A stretch of DNA of 61,300 nt, filler included, from Hausera hauseri (GCA_046269625.1; 12 parts of 12 records of this genome joined end to end with filler, not necessarily neighbours in it); one strand, 5' to 3'. Shown: positions 37,186 to 49,830, counted from the whole stretch's first letter. Numbers and translations: made by a program. Notes: generated by a model from the sequence alone, not told the origin.

Positions 37186-37278
37186 AGTAACTCTTTTGGT
37201 GCTGAGAAACAAAAATGTAGAGTAACTCTTTTGGTGCTGAGAAACAAAAATGTAGAGTAACTCTTTTGGTGCTGAGAA
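37186..37278. repeat. 35-nt tandem repeat, ~2.7 copies
   Basis: agtaactcttttggtgctgagaaacaaaaatgtag repeated head to tail with no spacers. Confidence 0.95.
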
Positions 37279-37437
37279 GGAGAAAATAATCTCACTTTCC
37301 TTTTTCTTTAAAAAAAAATATTTTATTGCGTTCGCTGTTGCTATATATTAAGCAAAGAGACCCCATTAGAGTATTATAGACGTATGAGGGAATGTGGAGT
37401 TAGCGTCCACATTTTTCATTGACCAATGACATGTTAC

Positions 37438-37580
37438 TGGGTATGTGGTCGTCATAACGCCAGGCTGCATTTACTTTCCCAGAGAATTTCTCTGGTACTA
37501 ATTATTAGCCCGAAACAAATGGGTTTGAACCCCTGGCCATGCGATCGAAAGCAAGCTCACTAACTACTATTATCCACTGT
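37438..37580 (-). mobile_element. tRNA-derived SINE (family 1), internally deleted
   Basis: cataacgccag..tttactttcccagagaatttctctggtact; B box ggggttcaaaccc on minus strand. Confidence 0.65.
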
Positions 37581-37739
37581 TGTGGCACAGTACACATTAG
37601 CCTCAAATGGGTACCAGGCTAAAAACCTGGGAAATAAATGCGGCGAGAAAGGTCGTGGCGTCCATACTCACAAGGGAAAAAATGAAGGCACTAACACTTC
37701 GTTCCCCTACGGCATTCATAATGCTACGGGACAAGTCTC

Positions 37740-38510
37740 GACCAAACATAAAAGCATATAGAATGGTAATAATTGCTGAAAAAAAAACTAAACTACTGAC
37801 CAACAACAAGTCTTGACGCAGTTACGAATTTCAAGTACTTGAGATCAATTATCGCAGACGAAGGCTCAAAAGCATAGAATCGTGCAGGCAACAGCAGCAA
37901 TTGCCAAGTTGAAAATCACATGGAAAGATGCGAAAATTTCACCCAGAAGAAAAATGGGACTGATGCACCCACTAGTAATATCCATACTTCCGTATGCACG
38001 CGAAACATGGACACTAACAGCAGAGATACAACATACAATCCAGACAGTAGAGAAGAGATTCTATCGACTAATCCTCGTAATACCATACAAAGATCACATG
38101 ACAAATGACGAAAAAAGAAAATAAAAAAAGCTACTGGTCCACATAAAGATCTTGCAATGGTGAAAGAACGGAAGTTGAAACGTGACTCCAAGGTAACAAT
38201 ATCAAACGGTCTTCCGAAAACTGTGTAACGGCATTTTATTGTTGCCTCAGGTTAGAAATGTCAAAAAGGCAACTGCTGCCTGTTTCTTTACCCTGAAAAA
38301 ATAAAGTTTCGTTCGTTCGTTAGTATCAGGTGTGAGAAAACAGGGTCGACAGAAGAAAAGATGGGAGGATAATATCAAAGAATGGACTGGTCTGACGTTC
38401 ACCTCAGCACAGAACATAGCAAAGAACCGAGTCGAATGGAGAAGGGTCATTCGGGGGTCACTGAATGTATCCCAACGACCACTATTGGTTATCGGACTGA
38501 TGATGATGAG
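37740..38510 (+). mobile_element. RTE-clade LINE 3' fragment with (TGA)n tail
   Basis: FKYL..QATAAIAKLKITW..YARETWTL..GRQKKRWEDNIKEWTG; tgatgatgag tail. Confidence 0.88.
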
Positions 38511-38595
38511 CTAATGGAACAGTTCATGTCGATTAGATGTATGACTGTATTGTTGCTAGCATTAGCCTGGCTAACATAGTTTACAAATACCCGCT

Positions 38596-38727
38596 GGGAA
38601 CGCAGTTAGTGTGTGGGCGGCGATAGATAGCCGGCACGGGTATACAGTGTCAGCCAAGATCCTCTTGACACGTCCAAGTCGTGTCTCCGGGCAACGGTAG
38701 GGAAACCTGCCGGCTATCGGTGAAAGG
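38596..38727 (+). ncRNA. HDV-like ribozyme (best-preserved core), copy B
   Basis: P3-L3-P3' acg-tccaagt-cgt; P1' gtctcc; GG; gcaa; P4 cggtagg-GAAA-cctgccg; gcta. P1 and P2 are imperfect. Confidence 0.6.
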
Positions 38728-38769
38728 CTCGAAATGGTCGCAATTGAGTTGTGGATCACTTCTATCACT

Positions 38770-40187
38770 TCTACATGTGCGAGTTCAATCTGGAAATTTT
38801 AGGCATTAGTGAATGTAGATGGACAGGGGCGGGAAAACAGTTTCTCACAGGTGAACGCAAACATATTCTCTTCTCGCGTTTGGAAAACACTCATATAAAA
38901 GGCGTCGCTATTATCATGTCATCCAAAGCGGAACGTGCACTCATCAGATGGGTACCAGTAAATGAAAGAATCCTATATGCCCGTTTCAAGACGAATTTCC
39001 ATAAGTTATCAATTATTCAATGCTACGCCCCTACAAACGATGACTCAGACAAAAAACAAGGACGAGTTATACGAAAAACTAACACAGACCATAAACACAA
39101 TCCCAAACCACGACATTATAGTGGTGATGGGAGATTTCAACGCAAACGTAGGCGACAACAACAACGGGATTGAAAAGTTCATGGGCAAACATGGTCTAGG
39201 AAGTATGAACCAAAATGGCGAAAGACTATTAGAAATATGCCAAGTGTCAAACCTTATAATAGCCAGTACAATATTCCCCCACAAAGACATCCACAAAATT
39301 ACATGGAATTTGCCCGACCACATCACCAGAAACCAAATCGACCATTTCTGCATTGGTATAAAATTTCGATCGGCTGTACAAGACATCATGGCATACAGAG
39401 GGGCAGACATCAGTAGCGACCACAACTTATGTATTGCTAAACTAAAGCTGAAACTAAAAAAACTATATAGTCGAACCATAAGAAAGAAAATCGACGTGCG
39501 AGCACTATCAACACCGCCCCAACAAGTTATCTTCAACACTGAGATTCAGAAAAACTATACAAATGTACAGGAAAACCAGATACACCAAAAAACATTAGAA
39601 GAACAAAGAACACAGAAGAAAAATGGGCTTTCTTCAAACATTCAATTAAAACCGCTGCAGCTACTACGGTAGGTTTTACACAACGACAAAAGAAAAGCTG
39701 GCTGAGCGAACACACCTGACTCAAAATCCAAGAAGGAAAACAAGCAAAACTAGTTCTACTATCAACTGAAACCACCACTCAGTATACTGCAAACAAACAA
39801 AGATACGCATCATTGGACACGGCTGTAAAAGCAAGCGCACGTAGGGACAAGCGAACCTGTATCCATGACCTTGCCACTGAGGCCGAAGTTGCGGCAATAA
39901 AGGCATCAGTAAGACCCTCTTCCACACCATGAAAAAACTATGTAACCACACACCGACAGTTTCCTTCACAGATGCACCCTCTGTAATAACCGCACAGAAG
40001 AGTCAACAAAAAATAGAGCTGAGGGACCTAAGAGAAACATCATTATCTATGCCAACAATTCAAAAGGGTGGTTGTTTATTATGTAGGTTTTAAACACCTT
40101 CCCATAAGAACATAAGAAATAAACAAGGTGTGTTACTGACATCCGAAGACGACCAAAAAGAGCGCTGGGCGGAGCATTTCCACGAAT
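38770..40187 (+). mobile_element. RTE-clade LINE: APE endonuclease and linker, disrupted
   Basis: LEILGISECRWTG, IIQCYAPT, MGDFNA, NQIDH, GADISSDH. Confidence 0.93.
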
Positions 40188-40287
40188 NNNNNNNNNNNNN
40201 NNNNNNNNNNNNNNNNNNNNNNNNNNNNNNNTTAATTAATTAANNNNNNNNNNNNNNNNNNNNNNNNNNNNNNNNNNNNNNNNNNNN
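40188..40287. other. Artificial contig linker
   Basis: 44 N + TTAATTAATTAA + 44 N. Confidence 0.98.
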
Positions 40288-40349
40288 AATTTTTTGGGGG
40301 ACCCCCCCCCCCCCGGCCCAAAAGGAGGTCGAGCAATGGACTTCGGACC

Positions 40350-41360
40350 GAGTGATATCGATAGCGCGTGACGAGCTGAGCAAAAGTTAATAGAGGTGCG
40401 GCTTACAGAAATGTAAGGGAGACGCGCTAGAAGAGGTAGAAGTAAAACAGGAAATGCTCTACGCGTAACGCGAAACATGTTGCTAGCACTCAGAAAATGT
40501 GTACAAGGGGTAAATCGACATTGGTGATTGCAATGGACAGTGTTGCAACTCGGTCAGACCATGGGAACATGGGGAAAATTCGACGGGAAATGTTCAAAGG
40601 GGTAAAATTGCCCCATGTACAAGTCCGCCGGTGATAGAAATTGGTCTAATACATTGCCCATAAGTTGGGAAAAATTTCATATTATAGCCACCTCACGATC
40701 AGACCAATGGATTCGGGTGGAAAATGCAACCGAACGAACGAACAAACGAAAAAACGCAATGTTAAAGTCAAAATCATCAAGTAGGTGAAAGTGTCCTCTC
40801 CACCCCAAATCCCAAAAATGCTCAAATTGACGTGGCACCAAGTTTTCCCCCACCCATGTCGCAATTCTGAGCATTTTATGTTTTGTGCTCGGAGATTTCC
40901 CCAGCTGGAAGCACATGTAATATATCGCACATGTCACCGACGGAAATCGGTAGAGCTCGATAAGGCGAGAAAATTTTTATAGCGTGGCGAGAGTCAAAAA
41001 TTGTACTGGACGGCGCTAGAAGCAGAAGAAGCAAAACAGGAAATGTTTTATGAGAAACAAGGCACGAGTTACGAATTGCGCAATGTTTGGTACAAATGTC
41101 AAATCAATGTCGTGGAATCTAATGTGACAATTTCAACGTTGTCTAACTATGAGAAATGGGGAAAATTGATGTGGAAATTTCAAACTCTAAGAATTTCCCA
41201 TTGTTCAAGTTTGCTGGTTGTGGAAATGGGTTGAGCACGTAGCCTATCAGTAGTTGAGCATTTCATATTATAGCCGCATCACGATCAGACCAATGGATCG
41301 GAGTGAAAAATGCAACTGAACGAACGAACGAGAAAACGCATTGTTAAAAAGTCAAAATGT
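40350..41360. repeat. Diverged tandem duplication, period ~585-590 nt
   Basis: gctagaag..aaaacaggaaatg at ~40426 and ~41015; ttcatattatagcc..tcacgatcagaccaatgga..gaacgaacgaac at ~40676 and ~41262. Confidence 0.8.
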
Positions 41361-41599
41361 CGTTGTAAATGCGTTCGTTTTGTAAAAAGTTGTGTGAATT
41401 TCATTTTGTACGACGACGACGACGAATTCATAATTGAGTACTACTCACAAGGAGAATGATTGTGATAAAAAGTCACATCATATTATTTCTTATGATTTGT
41501 TCGCTCTTTAGTCCACAGTTCAATCCCGAAATATTGGACATTCACAAAAAAAGAAAAAATAAATAAAAAGCAACATCAATAAAATAATACGTATATATT

Positions 41600-41973
41600 T
41601 CACAAAAGTGATTGTAATGTAAGCCACAATAAGCAGTAATGTCCACAAAGTATAGTAATTGGATGCTGATAATGAAATCGGTTATATTCAACATGAAGTG
41701 ATGATTGCCGTTCAATTTAAGAAACTAACGATGACGGATAGTAAAATACGCGCGGATCGAATACTCTGACAACGGTTGGATGGATGTGCCCAGCAATCCA
41801 TTGTTCGCCCGGCAACGATGAAGTGTGTGTATTGACAATAAAGCCGCCAGTTTGTCGTAAATCACGCGGCACACAGTCTACTGGAAACATACCAGGAAAT
41901 TTCGCGTCCAAGAGCAGTTTTCCATAATGACTGAGCTCAGTGGAGCTAAATGTGAAAAACGTGATTTAAGCAT
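41600..41973 (-). pseudogene. Polinton adenain-like cysteine protease
   Basis: FPGMFPVD..FIVNTHTSSLPGEQW (His replaced by Gln)..FDP..YNRFHYQHPITILCGHYCL; frameshifted. Confidence 0.85.
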
Positions 41974-42035
41974 AATAGTAATCAAAATAAATTACTTCAT
42001 AGTACGACGAAAAGGTGAGACACAGCGGATTTCAT

Positions 42036-43248
42036 TTATACAATGACGGTCCCGTTTTTCGTTATTTCAACCTCGGCATCAAATACACCGTAAATGTATA
42101 TCACGGTAGATTGCTTCTACCATTTAACAAAGTGAACCTCCAATCTCAGGTTTCTCTGCTGAGGTAGTTGAGTCTGTTCAACGTCAGAATCCGGAGCCAG
42201 GACAAAGGTAAAGAATGGATAAGTGGACTTGAACAAATCCATCGATATTCATTGTTGACATTTTTGTTCAGCAAACCCATGTTGCGCACAATAGATTGCA
42301 TATATGTGCAAACATAATCACCGGTCTCGAAATCCTGCTTGTATGTCGCAACGAAATCCGCATTCTTACCCAAACTAATGTAATTCATATTGCTATCGTA
42401 AACGTTCCCGTTTGTTGAACAGTCGTTTGAAATGTAACGAGCACAAATTTCGACAATCGCATGTCGTCAAACAGTGCGTTCTTGTAAAACGTTGTCGAAC
42501 CTTTGGGTATGGTGTAAAAGACGAGTTCTGTGCGTTGTAATGGGTAACAGGCATTTTGTGTTTCAAGGCCCAATCGATGTCCCATGAGCACAGATGGTTC
42601 TACCTTTACACGACGTACGTATAATCATGCCTCGGTAATTTTCAGTATGAGTTTGAGATTTGCAATTGCAGTATTCAAACAAAAGACATTGTCGCTGAGT
42701 TTGAGCCGAATCATTGCTTTAATACCGGGCAGTAAGTATTTCGGCTGATCTAAAAAGTCAAAGTACAGCGGTCTACACATTGTAAGTGCTTTTGATTCTG
42801 CCACCCATGCCTGACGGTTTGCTGCAGTGGAGTCATATCCAATAGTTATCGTCAAGTGAGTCGTTTTCGTATATGCATTGTAATTCAGAACCGTTTCAAT
42901 GAGTGCTTTGATACTGTATAGACTGGTGTTGCCTTCAATTTTGATGCTGTTTAGAGTTAGCGAAGCCTCCTGGAACAGTGTGAGGAAAAAGTAATTGGCC
43001 GGTGTGACACTCTCTGTTGCAGCAAGAGCCGTTGACGAATCATTTTTAACAATGCCTTTTACATACAGTAGCGTATCGTTCAAATCCAGATATTCATTGT
43101 CCGATGCCATAATGTTAAATAGAATATCAAGGTTATTATTCGTTGAAACAGAATCAACGGAGTAGATTTCTTCAAATACCGCATTGTCAGTAACAACTTG
43201 TGGTACGGCTTTGTCAAATATACAAAATTCAGATTTTTTAGCTGCCAT
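42036..43248 (-). pseudogene. Polinton major capsid protein (double jelly-roll)
   Basis: KSEFCIF..NEYLDLNDTLLYVK..QPKYLLPG..LYVRRVKV..YPLQRTE..PFFTFVLAPD..YGVFDAEVEI; stops and frameshifts. Confidence 0.88.
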
Positions 43249-43263
43249 TTTTCTATCAATCAA

Positions 43264-43623
43264 TCAATCGAAAATCGTACGACGACGATGTTTGTGTATA
43301 GGTGATGAGTTCGATGGTGCTCTGTGGCGTTTTGTCAAGCCACTGCCAGCGAATTGTTTTTTGACTAATTCAACGACTCCCGGTGCAGCACTTTTTAATT
43401 CTGACACGGCGTATTCCTTCAATAATGGTAAAATCGATTTGTTTTTATATAGTACATCTTGTGTCGTTTTTTCTGCCACGGCTCCAATACGCGTCAACAC
43501 CGGAAATGTTAAACGTGCCAATGTACGCAACCATCAAGAGCCATACTGTTTACCAGCGAAATACGGCAGTTCACCGCCCTGCTGAGGTTTACTGTAAATG
43601 GAAATGATTTCGGAATCAATCAT
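43264..43623 (-). pseudogene. Polinton small Gly-motif core-type protein between penton and MCP
   Basis: QQGGELPYFAGKQYGS..LRTLARLTFPVL..QFAGSG..RRRTIFD; one frameshift. Confidence 0.65.
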
Positions 43624-43624
43624 C

Positions 43625-44691
43625 TTAGATTCGAAGGAAGTGAAGTGTTTGACTGGTTGTGGTACCGTACGGAAATTCAATAAGATAGCGCGTGTCATAT
43701 GTGATATGGACTTCAACATTGTTTATAGATGTTGTTGTAACAGGTAGGTACATTGGATTATCGAGCTTGATAGTGACATTGTCGTGGACAGTATACTTGC
43801 TGCTTTCCCGATAAATTGCACGGAGTAGCGCTACACGTACTTCACCAAGCAAAATCGGTTTGGTGAAGTTGAAGAAAATGTACATTTGACTTAGTCCAGT
43901 TTTCAGTTTGGGTTTAAGTGTTGCAACGTGTACCGCCGCCGTCTTCGTATTCGTCGATGCCTCAAACCGATGTTTTTCAAAACCCAATACCATGGTCAAA
44001 GCTTTGTCCAATGAAATTTCGACAGTATCCTTAACCAGTTCAAATTTAATGTACTCATGTGCATCTGACACAAAAACTTTAAATATTTCCTTGTATTTTT
44101 GATTTGAAAAGTGTTGACAGAGATGTGCTACAAATTCGCAATAGACATTGTCTTCAGTCGATACGTATGATGTTGACATCCTTTGTGCTGTATAGGTAAA
44201 TTTCACAGCTGTTCGGTAATGTACGGGATTTAATCTGGGAGCAACTACATATTCATTGTTTATATCTTTACTTTTGTACTCTATGTTTTTGAATCCAAAT
44301 TACTACACCATCTAAAGGACTCAAAGGTGACAGTAAATTCAAATTTTGTCACAAAATGTAAGTTTTTCCCTAAAATAAAAACACCGATTTTGCCATATAA
44401 ATCGTAATTTGTACTTGTCGTGCAAATGGGCGATTCTGGAACTGTTATTTTATTGCCAGTAAGTGTCAGAAAACAAGAATGCGTTTTACTTTCAGTAACA
44501 ATATTGTTGTACGTTATTTTTTACTACCTTTCAATGTCACTGATGTATTGGGAAAGATAAATTCCGTCAGTGCTACCTCTAATCTTCCAAATAAATCCAA
44601 AGGACTGTTCAATCTACAACGTATTTACTGGCTGAATTGTTCGAAGAGTCGTCGCACAACTGTTGCTTGGCAATACCATGTAAATACTCAT
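43625..44691 (-). pseudogene. Polinton minor capsid protein (penton), paralog B
   Basis: MSIYMVLPSNS..NSASKY..LEVALTEFIFP; C-terminal MYIF..PILLGEVRVALLR..PMYLPV..TLHFLR. Confidence 0.82.
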
Positions 44692-44745
44692 GATCTTGGT
44701 GATGATGATGATGATAATGATGATAATGATGACGCAGTTTGTTTA

Positions 44746-45800
44746 TTATCGGCGACGAAAATGTAGCATCAAATGTGTCTTGGCTCCAAACAGAAATTGA
44801 ATGGGTTTCCAAAATTCGCCTACTATATACATGGAAATACTGTACACAAAATTGTGAGACAATGATTAATACATGGGCTGGATTATATTTACGTGAGCAG
44901 TTTCGTCCGGTGTTTTCTACGTGTCCGAATTTAGTCCAATAGAAGCCAATAGTTGTTTACGGTCTCCTCCAACATATACGGGTTCAGTTAGATCGGACAA
45001 AATATTGATTTGATAAAAATTCTTCATTGAGATGTAATTTGTGTTTAGCAACAATGGACCGTCCGCCGCCGGTTTGACCGAATTCTCGTTTCTTAAAACC
45101 CAGATCCCGTGCCACTAGTTCATCAAAGGCAAATATGTAACATTATTATGTAGTGTAAACGAAATACGACCATCATAATTTAATTCAAATATCATGAGAG
45201 CCAATTTAACTACTGTCTTGATGGTTGCGCACAATTCTGTTTCCGCAACCGCAAGGAAACTAGTTTCTATTGTATGAGAGTAAAAGGTTGATTCAGTCTT
45301 TTGCCAGTTCACTGTAATATCGTGGTTTTCATGGAAAATTTCAATTTTTCACTAATTAAACTATGTCTACCGAGTTGTAGACCTTTCGAGCGCACAGTGA
45401 CTAATTGAAAACTCCATCCCTGAGCGTCAGCTAGTGATTTAAATTGTAATTCAATCGGATGTTTGTATTTTAGCACCAATCGATTGTGCAAATGAAGAAT
45501 ATAAACCGGCAAATATTTCCTCTTGTAATTGCAAACGTGAAATGTTCTATTACAGTTTCGGACTAACTGCAAACGACTAGATGCAGGGGATTGTCTTACT
45601 AGAGTACAGTATATCCCACTGTTGTCACGTATTCTTATTGGTAAAAATGTAAATGTGAATTCAGCCAAAGCCACTTCCCATGCTCCCGGGCGTAAGTGGA
45701 GCGGCTTGTCCAACGCCATGGTAAATTGTTCAGCGGTATTGTTGTTGTTGTTGTAATATTCTGATAATCTGTTACTATCAAGTATCAAATAAATGCTCAT
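44746..45800 (-). pseudogene. Polinton minor capsid protein (penton), paralog A
   Basis: MSIYLILDSN..NTAEQFTMALDKPLHLRPGAWEVALAEF; C-terminal ILSDLTEPVYVGGDRKQLL..QPMY..LMLHFRRR. Confidence 0.8.
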
Positions 45801-45802
45801 TA

Positions 45803-46790
45803 CTAAATCTGCGATGCAAATATCCAGCTGAATTTCGTGTATCTATGCCACTTTACGGGATATTGTTTATTAGAACCTTTGTCGCGTGAACGTAGAATTT
45901 CTTGAATACGATACACGTCAGGTCTTCCGGTAGTACCTGCAGTTCCTGCTCGTAAAATTTGCCACCGTTTTCATCGTCTAAAACGTACATGACATGTGTT
46001 TGTTCTGTGTTGATTTCTGAAATTCAGAAAACCTCATCGCTCCAGTCTTGTTTGAAATTCTTAATAAATAGTGTCGTACACAGCTTTGAAATACGTACAT
46101 AATCATCGATTTTATACATGGGACGTTTAGTTGGTCATCGTCGTTGTTTTCGGTTTTGATAAACCACATGTCCAAATCATCTATTACATCCACCGGCCCT
46201 AATCCATTGATTCCACAATGAGTCGAATGACTGTATGCATGGATAATAATTCTGCAGCCTTTATGCCCTGCTTGGTAAAGAATTTGTTCAGTCGGCCACG
46301 TGGGGTTCGATTTAATCGTTCAACGAATGCAGCCCTCTATTGTGAAAAAACTGACTAGTGGTTTACACCGAACCGCCTCAAAACCAATGCGAAATGGGAC
46401 CTGTAAAATTCTTTACCCAAATCCGTTTGTACATGTTTTGACGGCTGTTATTCATTTAATCTGTGAACTGCGTTGGCAACCTCTTCACCGGATTTAGATT
46501 GACATGCAAAACGACTAAATACATCAACATATGTCAGCACATACCGATACCCATCGTTGATGCTGGCGTACGGAATTATTTCCATCAGATCCATTTTCCA
46601 TACATTATTCACACCGCCATCACAATAGGCACGAGTTGGAAACCGCCTTCTTATTGGTTTGTTTAGGCTGTATGTTAACTGTTTCCCGAGCCAACATTTG
46701 GTCTGCTGCCGAGTCTGTTTACAGTCTTATTCAGTTTGTCGATGCCGTATACCCGACGGGATGGTGCGGATCGAACCACACGTCACCCAT
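45803..46790 (-). pseudogene. Polinton rve integrase with C-terminal chromodomain
   Basis: WFDPHHPVGY..YSLNKPIRRRFP..WKMDL..GYRYVLTYVDVFSRFA..QTDLGKEF..VERLNRT..YRIQEILR..VKWHRY..SWI. Confidence 0.9.
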
Positions 46791-46964
46791 CGTTGTCGTC
46801 GGTGTTGTCGATAATGTTGTTTTTGTTAGCATTTCATCAGTTAAAAAGAAACTTAAATGAAAAATACGATAAACTGTGACAAAATAATAAAAACCATGCA
46901 CCCATGTCGCTAAATCATTATATACTTACCATGATTGTTTATACTAAACTGTTCAACCAACGAG

Positions 46965-47290
46965 TCAACCCAGTAATGACATGACAAACGATATAAATGC
47001 ACCAAGGAATCCGCCGTCTTGCTGGTACATGACCTCCCATTTCAGTCGTTTACTGTGAGCATAGGCAAAGCCAATGAGTCGTTTTCGATACTTTGGTAAA
47101 TTCCGCTTTCCACTACCAATGTCAACGTTACCCACAACAATATTGTACAAAATTTCCATCAAATCCTATTACAAATTGTGGGAATGATCGCAGCATGTTT
47201 CACTTGTGTCTCGTAGGTGCCTTAAGGAACACAATAAAGTACGTCTGACTACGTTTGAATCGCAATTTACGACGTATTGATGCTCAGACG
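46965..47290 (-). pseudogene. Polinton small basic protein ending in a QxGGFL amphipathic segment
   Basis: EILYNIVVGNV..KYRKRL..QQDGGFLGAFISFVMSLLG. Confidence 0.65.
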
Positions 47291-47561
47291 TAGTTGTTTA
47301 TAATTGTTGCCACTGTGACGATAATTTGAGTCTAATTGCTGCTGCTGTTGTTTAAAGCATAGAATTGATTAATCTCTTTATTGCTGCGGCGGTTCCTTTT
47401 GATACACGTTTCTTGCCGGATACTTGCTTGCTAGATTTACGTTTAACAATTGTTTTTCGGAAATTCTTCATGTTATCACAATGGTGTCGTCGATTTTCGA
47501 ATTTGCCTATAGATATGTACGCCTTTCTGATTGAAAATATCTGTTCGTACACGCATGTAAT

Positions 47562-47661
47562 NNNNNNNNNNNNNNNNNNNNNNNNNNNNNNNNNNNNNNN
47601 NNNNNTTAATTAATTAANNNNNNNNNNNNNNNNNNNNNNNNNNNNNNNNNNNNNNNNNNNN
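47562..47661. other. Artificial contig linker
   Basis: 44 N + TTAATTAATTAA + 44 N. Confidence 0.98.
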
Positions 47662-47768
47662 CCCTAGACCCATTTTGGGAGAAAAATTCAATCCAGTGCT
47701 GTTTTGGTCAAAGCGACGACCTTGTGATTGACAAGTGAACGCACCAGCCATTGTGCTACTGTGGCTCC
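47662..47768 (-). mobile_element. tRNA-derived SINE head (family 1), decayed
   Basis: Minus strand ggagccacagtagcacaatggctggtgcgttcacttgtcaatcacaaggtcg resembles the heads at 2651 and 3910. Confidence 0.5.
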
Positions 47769-48032
47769 AGATGCTCCAGTCCTGACCTCAAAATATCCAT
47801 CAGCATAAAGCATTTAATTATTGGCAATTTTGTGTCACACATTTATGCCTCTCATTTTTACCTGGCACCCCTCCAGGCCATGTCATTTTTCAGTGTGCTT
47901 ACACATTCTAGTCTTCTGAATTTCTCTGTCTTCCAGGTAAACTCCCTGAGGACATGACCTTCTGTTAAGGTGGCCAGACTGGTCAGTCAGTATCTCATTT
48001 CCAACTATGAACATAAAGGTGACTAACAGTTG

Positions 48033-48300
48033 TTGACCTCTGTAGTGACCCCGCCCGTCTGGGACAGGTTCTGAATCGTTCTCAGTTAGTCACTTGCTAT
48101 GTAGACTGGTCCCCAGTTGAGAGATGGATCATTAGGTGGCTAAGCATTGCACTAAAGCATAGAGGACCCTACTAGGCTCCACTGGGACAGAAGGGATGCT
48201 CTACACAACTACTCCTGAGTCCTTCTTAAGACTACAGCCCTTATTAGGGCTCATCCAGAAGAGCTGACACTCGGAGATGAGGAGATCGAACAACAAAAAC
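48033..48300 (+). mobile_element. Ribozyme-headed SINE-like element, copy C (clear from 48107)
   Basis: tggtccccagttgagagatggatca..gcactaaagc..agcccttattagggctcatccagaagagctgacactcggagatgaggagatc, then a caacaa tail. Confidence 0.8.
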
Positions 48301-48875
48301 AAGTGAGCTAGCTAACGGAAATGATTTTGGAGAAGTGATATACAATTTCTTATGGAGAATATGTACAGGAGATTCTGACCGTCAGAGTGGATAGATCAAT
48401 TTTGAGTTAGTCTAGATTTTTCAAGGAAAATTAGCATATGACACATAACCAGGAGCTACAGTCTGGTTTGAGAAGAGGCCCAATGGAGGAGAATGACGCT
48501 ATGTGCTACCACATGGTGACACCTGCCTTTAGTGACGACACTTGTTAAAAAAAATCTCTTGCAGTGTTTTGGCAAATGTCACGGTCTTTCAAAAAAGAGT
48601 AAATGGTTTCATGATTTCCAGTATTTCATACTGGTTACAGATTTGTGTCCTGGCTCTCAGCTTGTGCACTTTGTTTTGTCTTGTCTTTGATCCGCACTCA
48701 ATGAGTGTCAGCTCTTGTTGACGCTAACGTCATTATATGGCACTGCAATTTTAATAAGTAGCTTTGGGCTGCCACAAAGGACACTGTCTATGTTTGAGTT
48801 GTCTGTCTCAGCTCCTGTATCCTTTACGCACCGCATTCTGCTATAGTCATTGTTATTGTCTTCTATTACTTAACA

Positions 48876-49190
48876 TCATCATTGCTTGTTCTGTTAGTGA
48901 TCTTCGCTTGTCTCCCAAATCATCATCATCATCGGGTGTCTTTTGTCGGAAAACTTAACGGAAGTTCGCTGGTTAGGGAAATGTTGGTTGTTTTGCGGCT
49001 TGTTTCTTGTTTTGTTGTTCTATCAGTCAGAATCATCATTGCTTGTACTGTTAGTAATCTTTGCTTGCCTCCCAAATCATCATCATCATCACGTGTCTTT
49101 GGTCGGACACTTAACAACGTTCGATGGGTTTGGGGGAAATGTTGGTTGTTTTGTTCTTGTTTTGTTTTTCTGTCAGTCAACACTATCAAG
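48876..49190. repeat. ~159-nt tandem duplication
   Basis: atcatcattgcttgtWctgttagtRatctt..cccaaatcatcatcatcatc..ggaaatgttggttgttttg occurs twice. Confidence 0.85.
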
Positions 49191-49644
49191 TGCTGTGGTT
49201 GAGGATGTGTTTCTTCTTCTTCGACCATCAATCAACACTATCATGTTCCTTGATAGGGTTGGACTTGTAGTGACATTTGTATAGGGAAAATGTCGCTTGT
49301 TAGCGATCATCATCGCGTGTTGTTGGTTAGAAACTTAACAACGTCTTGTTTGTGGTGACCCGACTTTTGGGCCGTCAACTTTCCTGTCGGCGAGCACGTC
49401 TGCGGACGACACCTAGAAACGATCAGCGATTAGCGGTTTGCCTCAAGCTGATATCTGGCACACCTTAAACTGTGTCTTTAGGTTTCGACCCTCGTTAATG
49501 GACAGCAATCCCAGGAAACGAACGTGCTGTGAACACGTCTTTGGACAGCAACACCAAACTTGGGTAATGTGTCGGGTTAATGGACTTTTACAAGGAACGG
49601 CTTTCAGTGCAGTAAACAAAGGGACGTTGTACAAGGCAAACTGT

Positions 49645-49830
49645 ATCCCTTTAACAACGGGCTGTTGTCCGTATAATGCGAACGGCTTGCCCTTATACTG
49701 CATTTTTGTACCCGTAAACAACGGGCGTGTTGGCCTTATAGTGGAAACTTTATTCCTTTAACAACGGACGTGTTGTCCGTATAGTGCGAAAGGCTTGCCC
49801 TTATAGTGCGGCCTTGTTGACCCGTAAATA
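49645..49830. repeat. ~108-nt tandem duplication
   Basis: cctttaacaacgg..tgttgtccgtataRtgcgaaMggcttgcccttata occurs twice. Confidence 0.8.

Noticed and set aside
37186-37278. 35-nt repeats of CRISPR-like length
   Set aside because: Head-to-tail with no spacers, eukaryotic context and no cas genes: a minisatellite.
40236-40478. ORFs containing X runs (also 47365-47613)
   Set aside because: They run into the artificial linkers.
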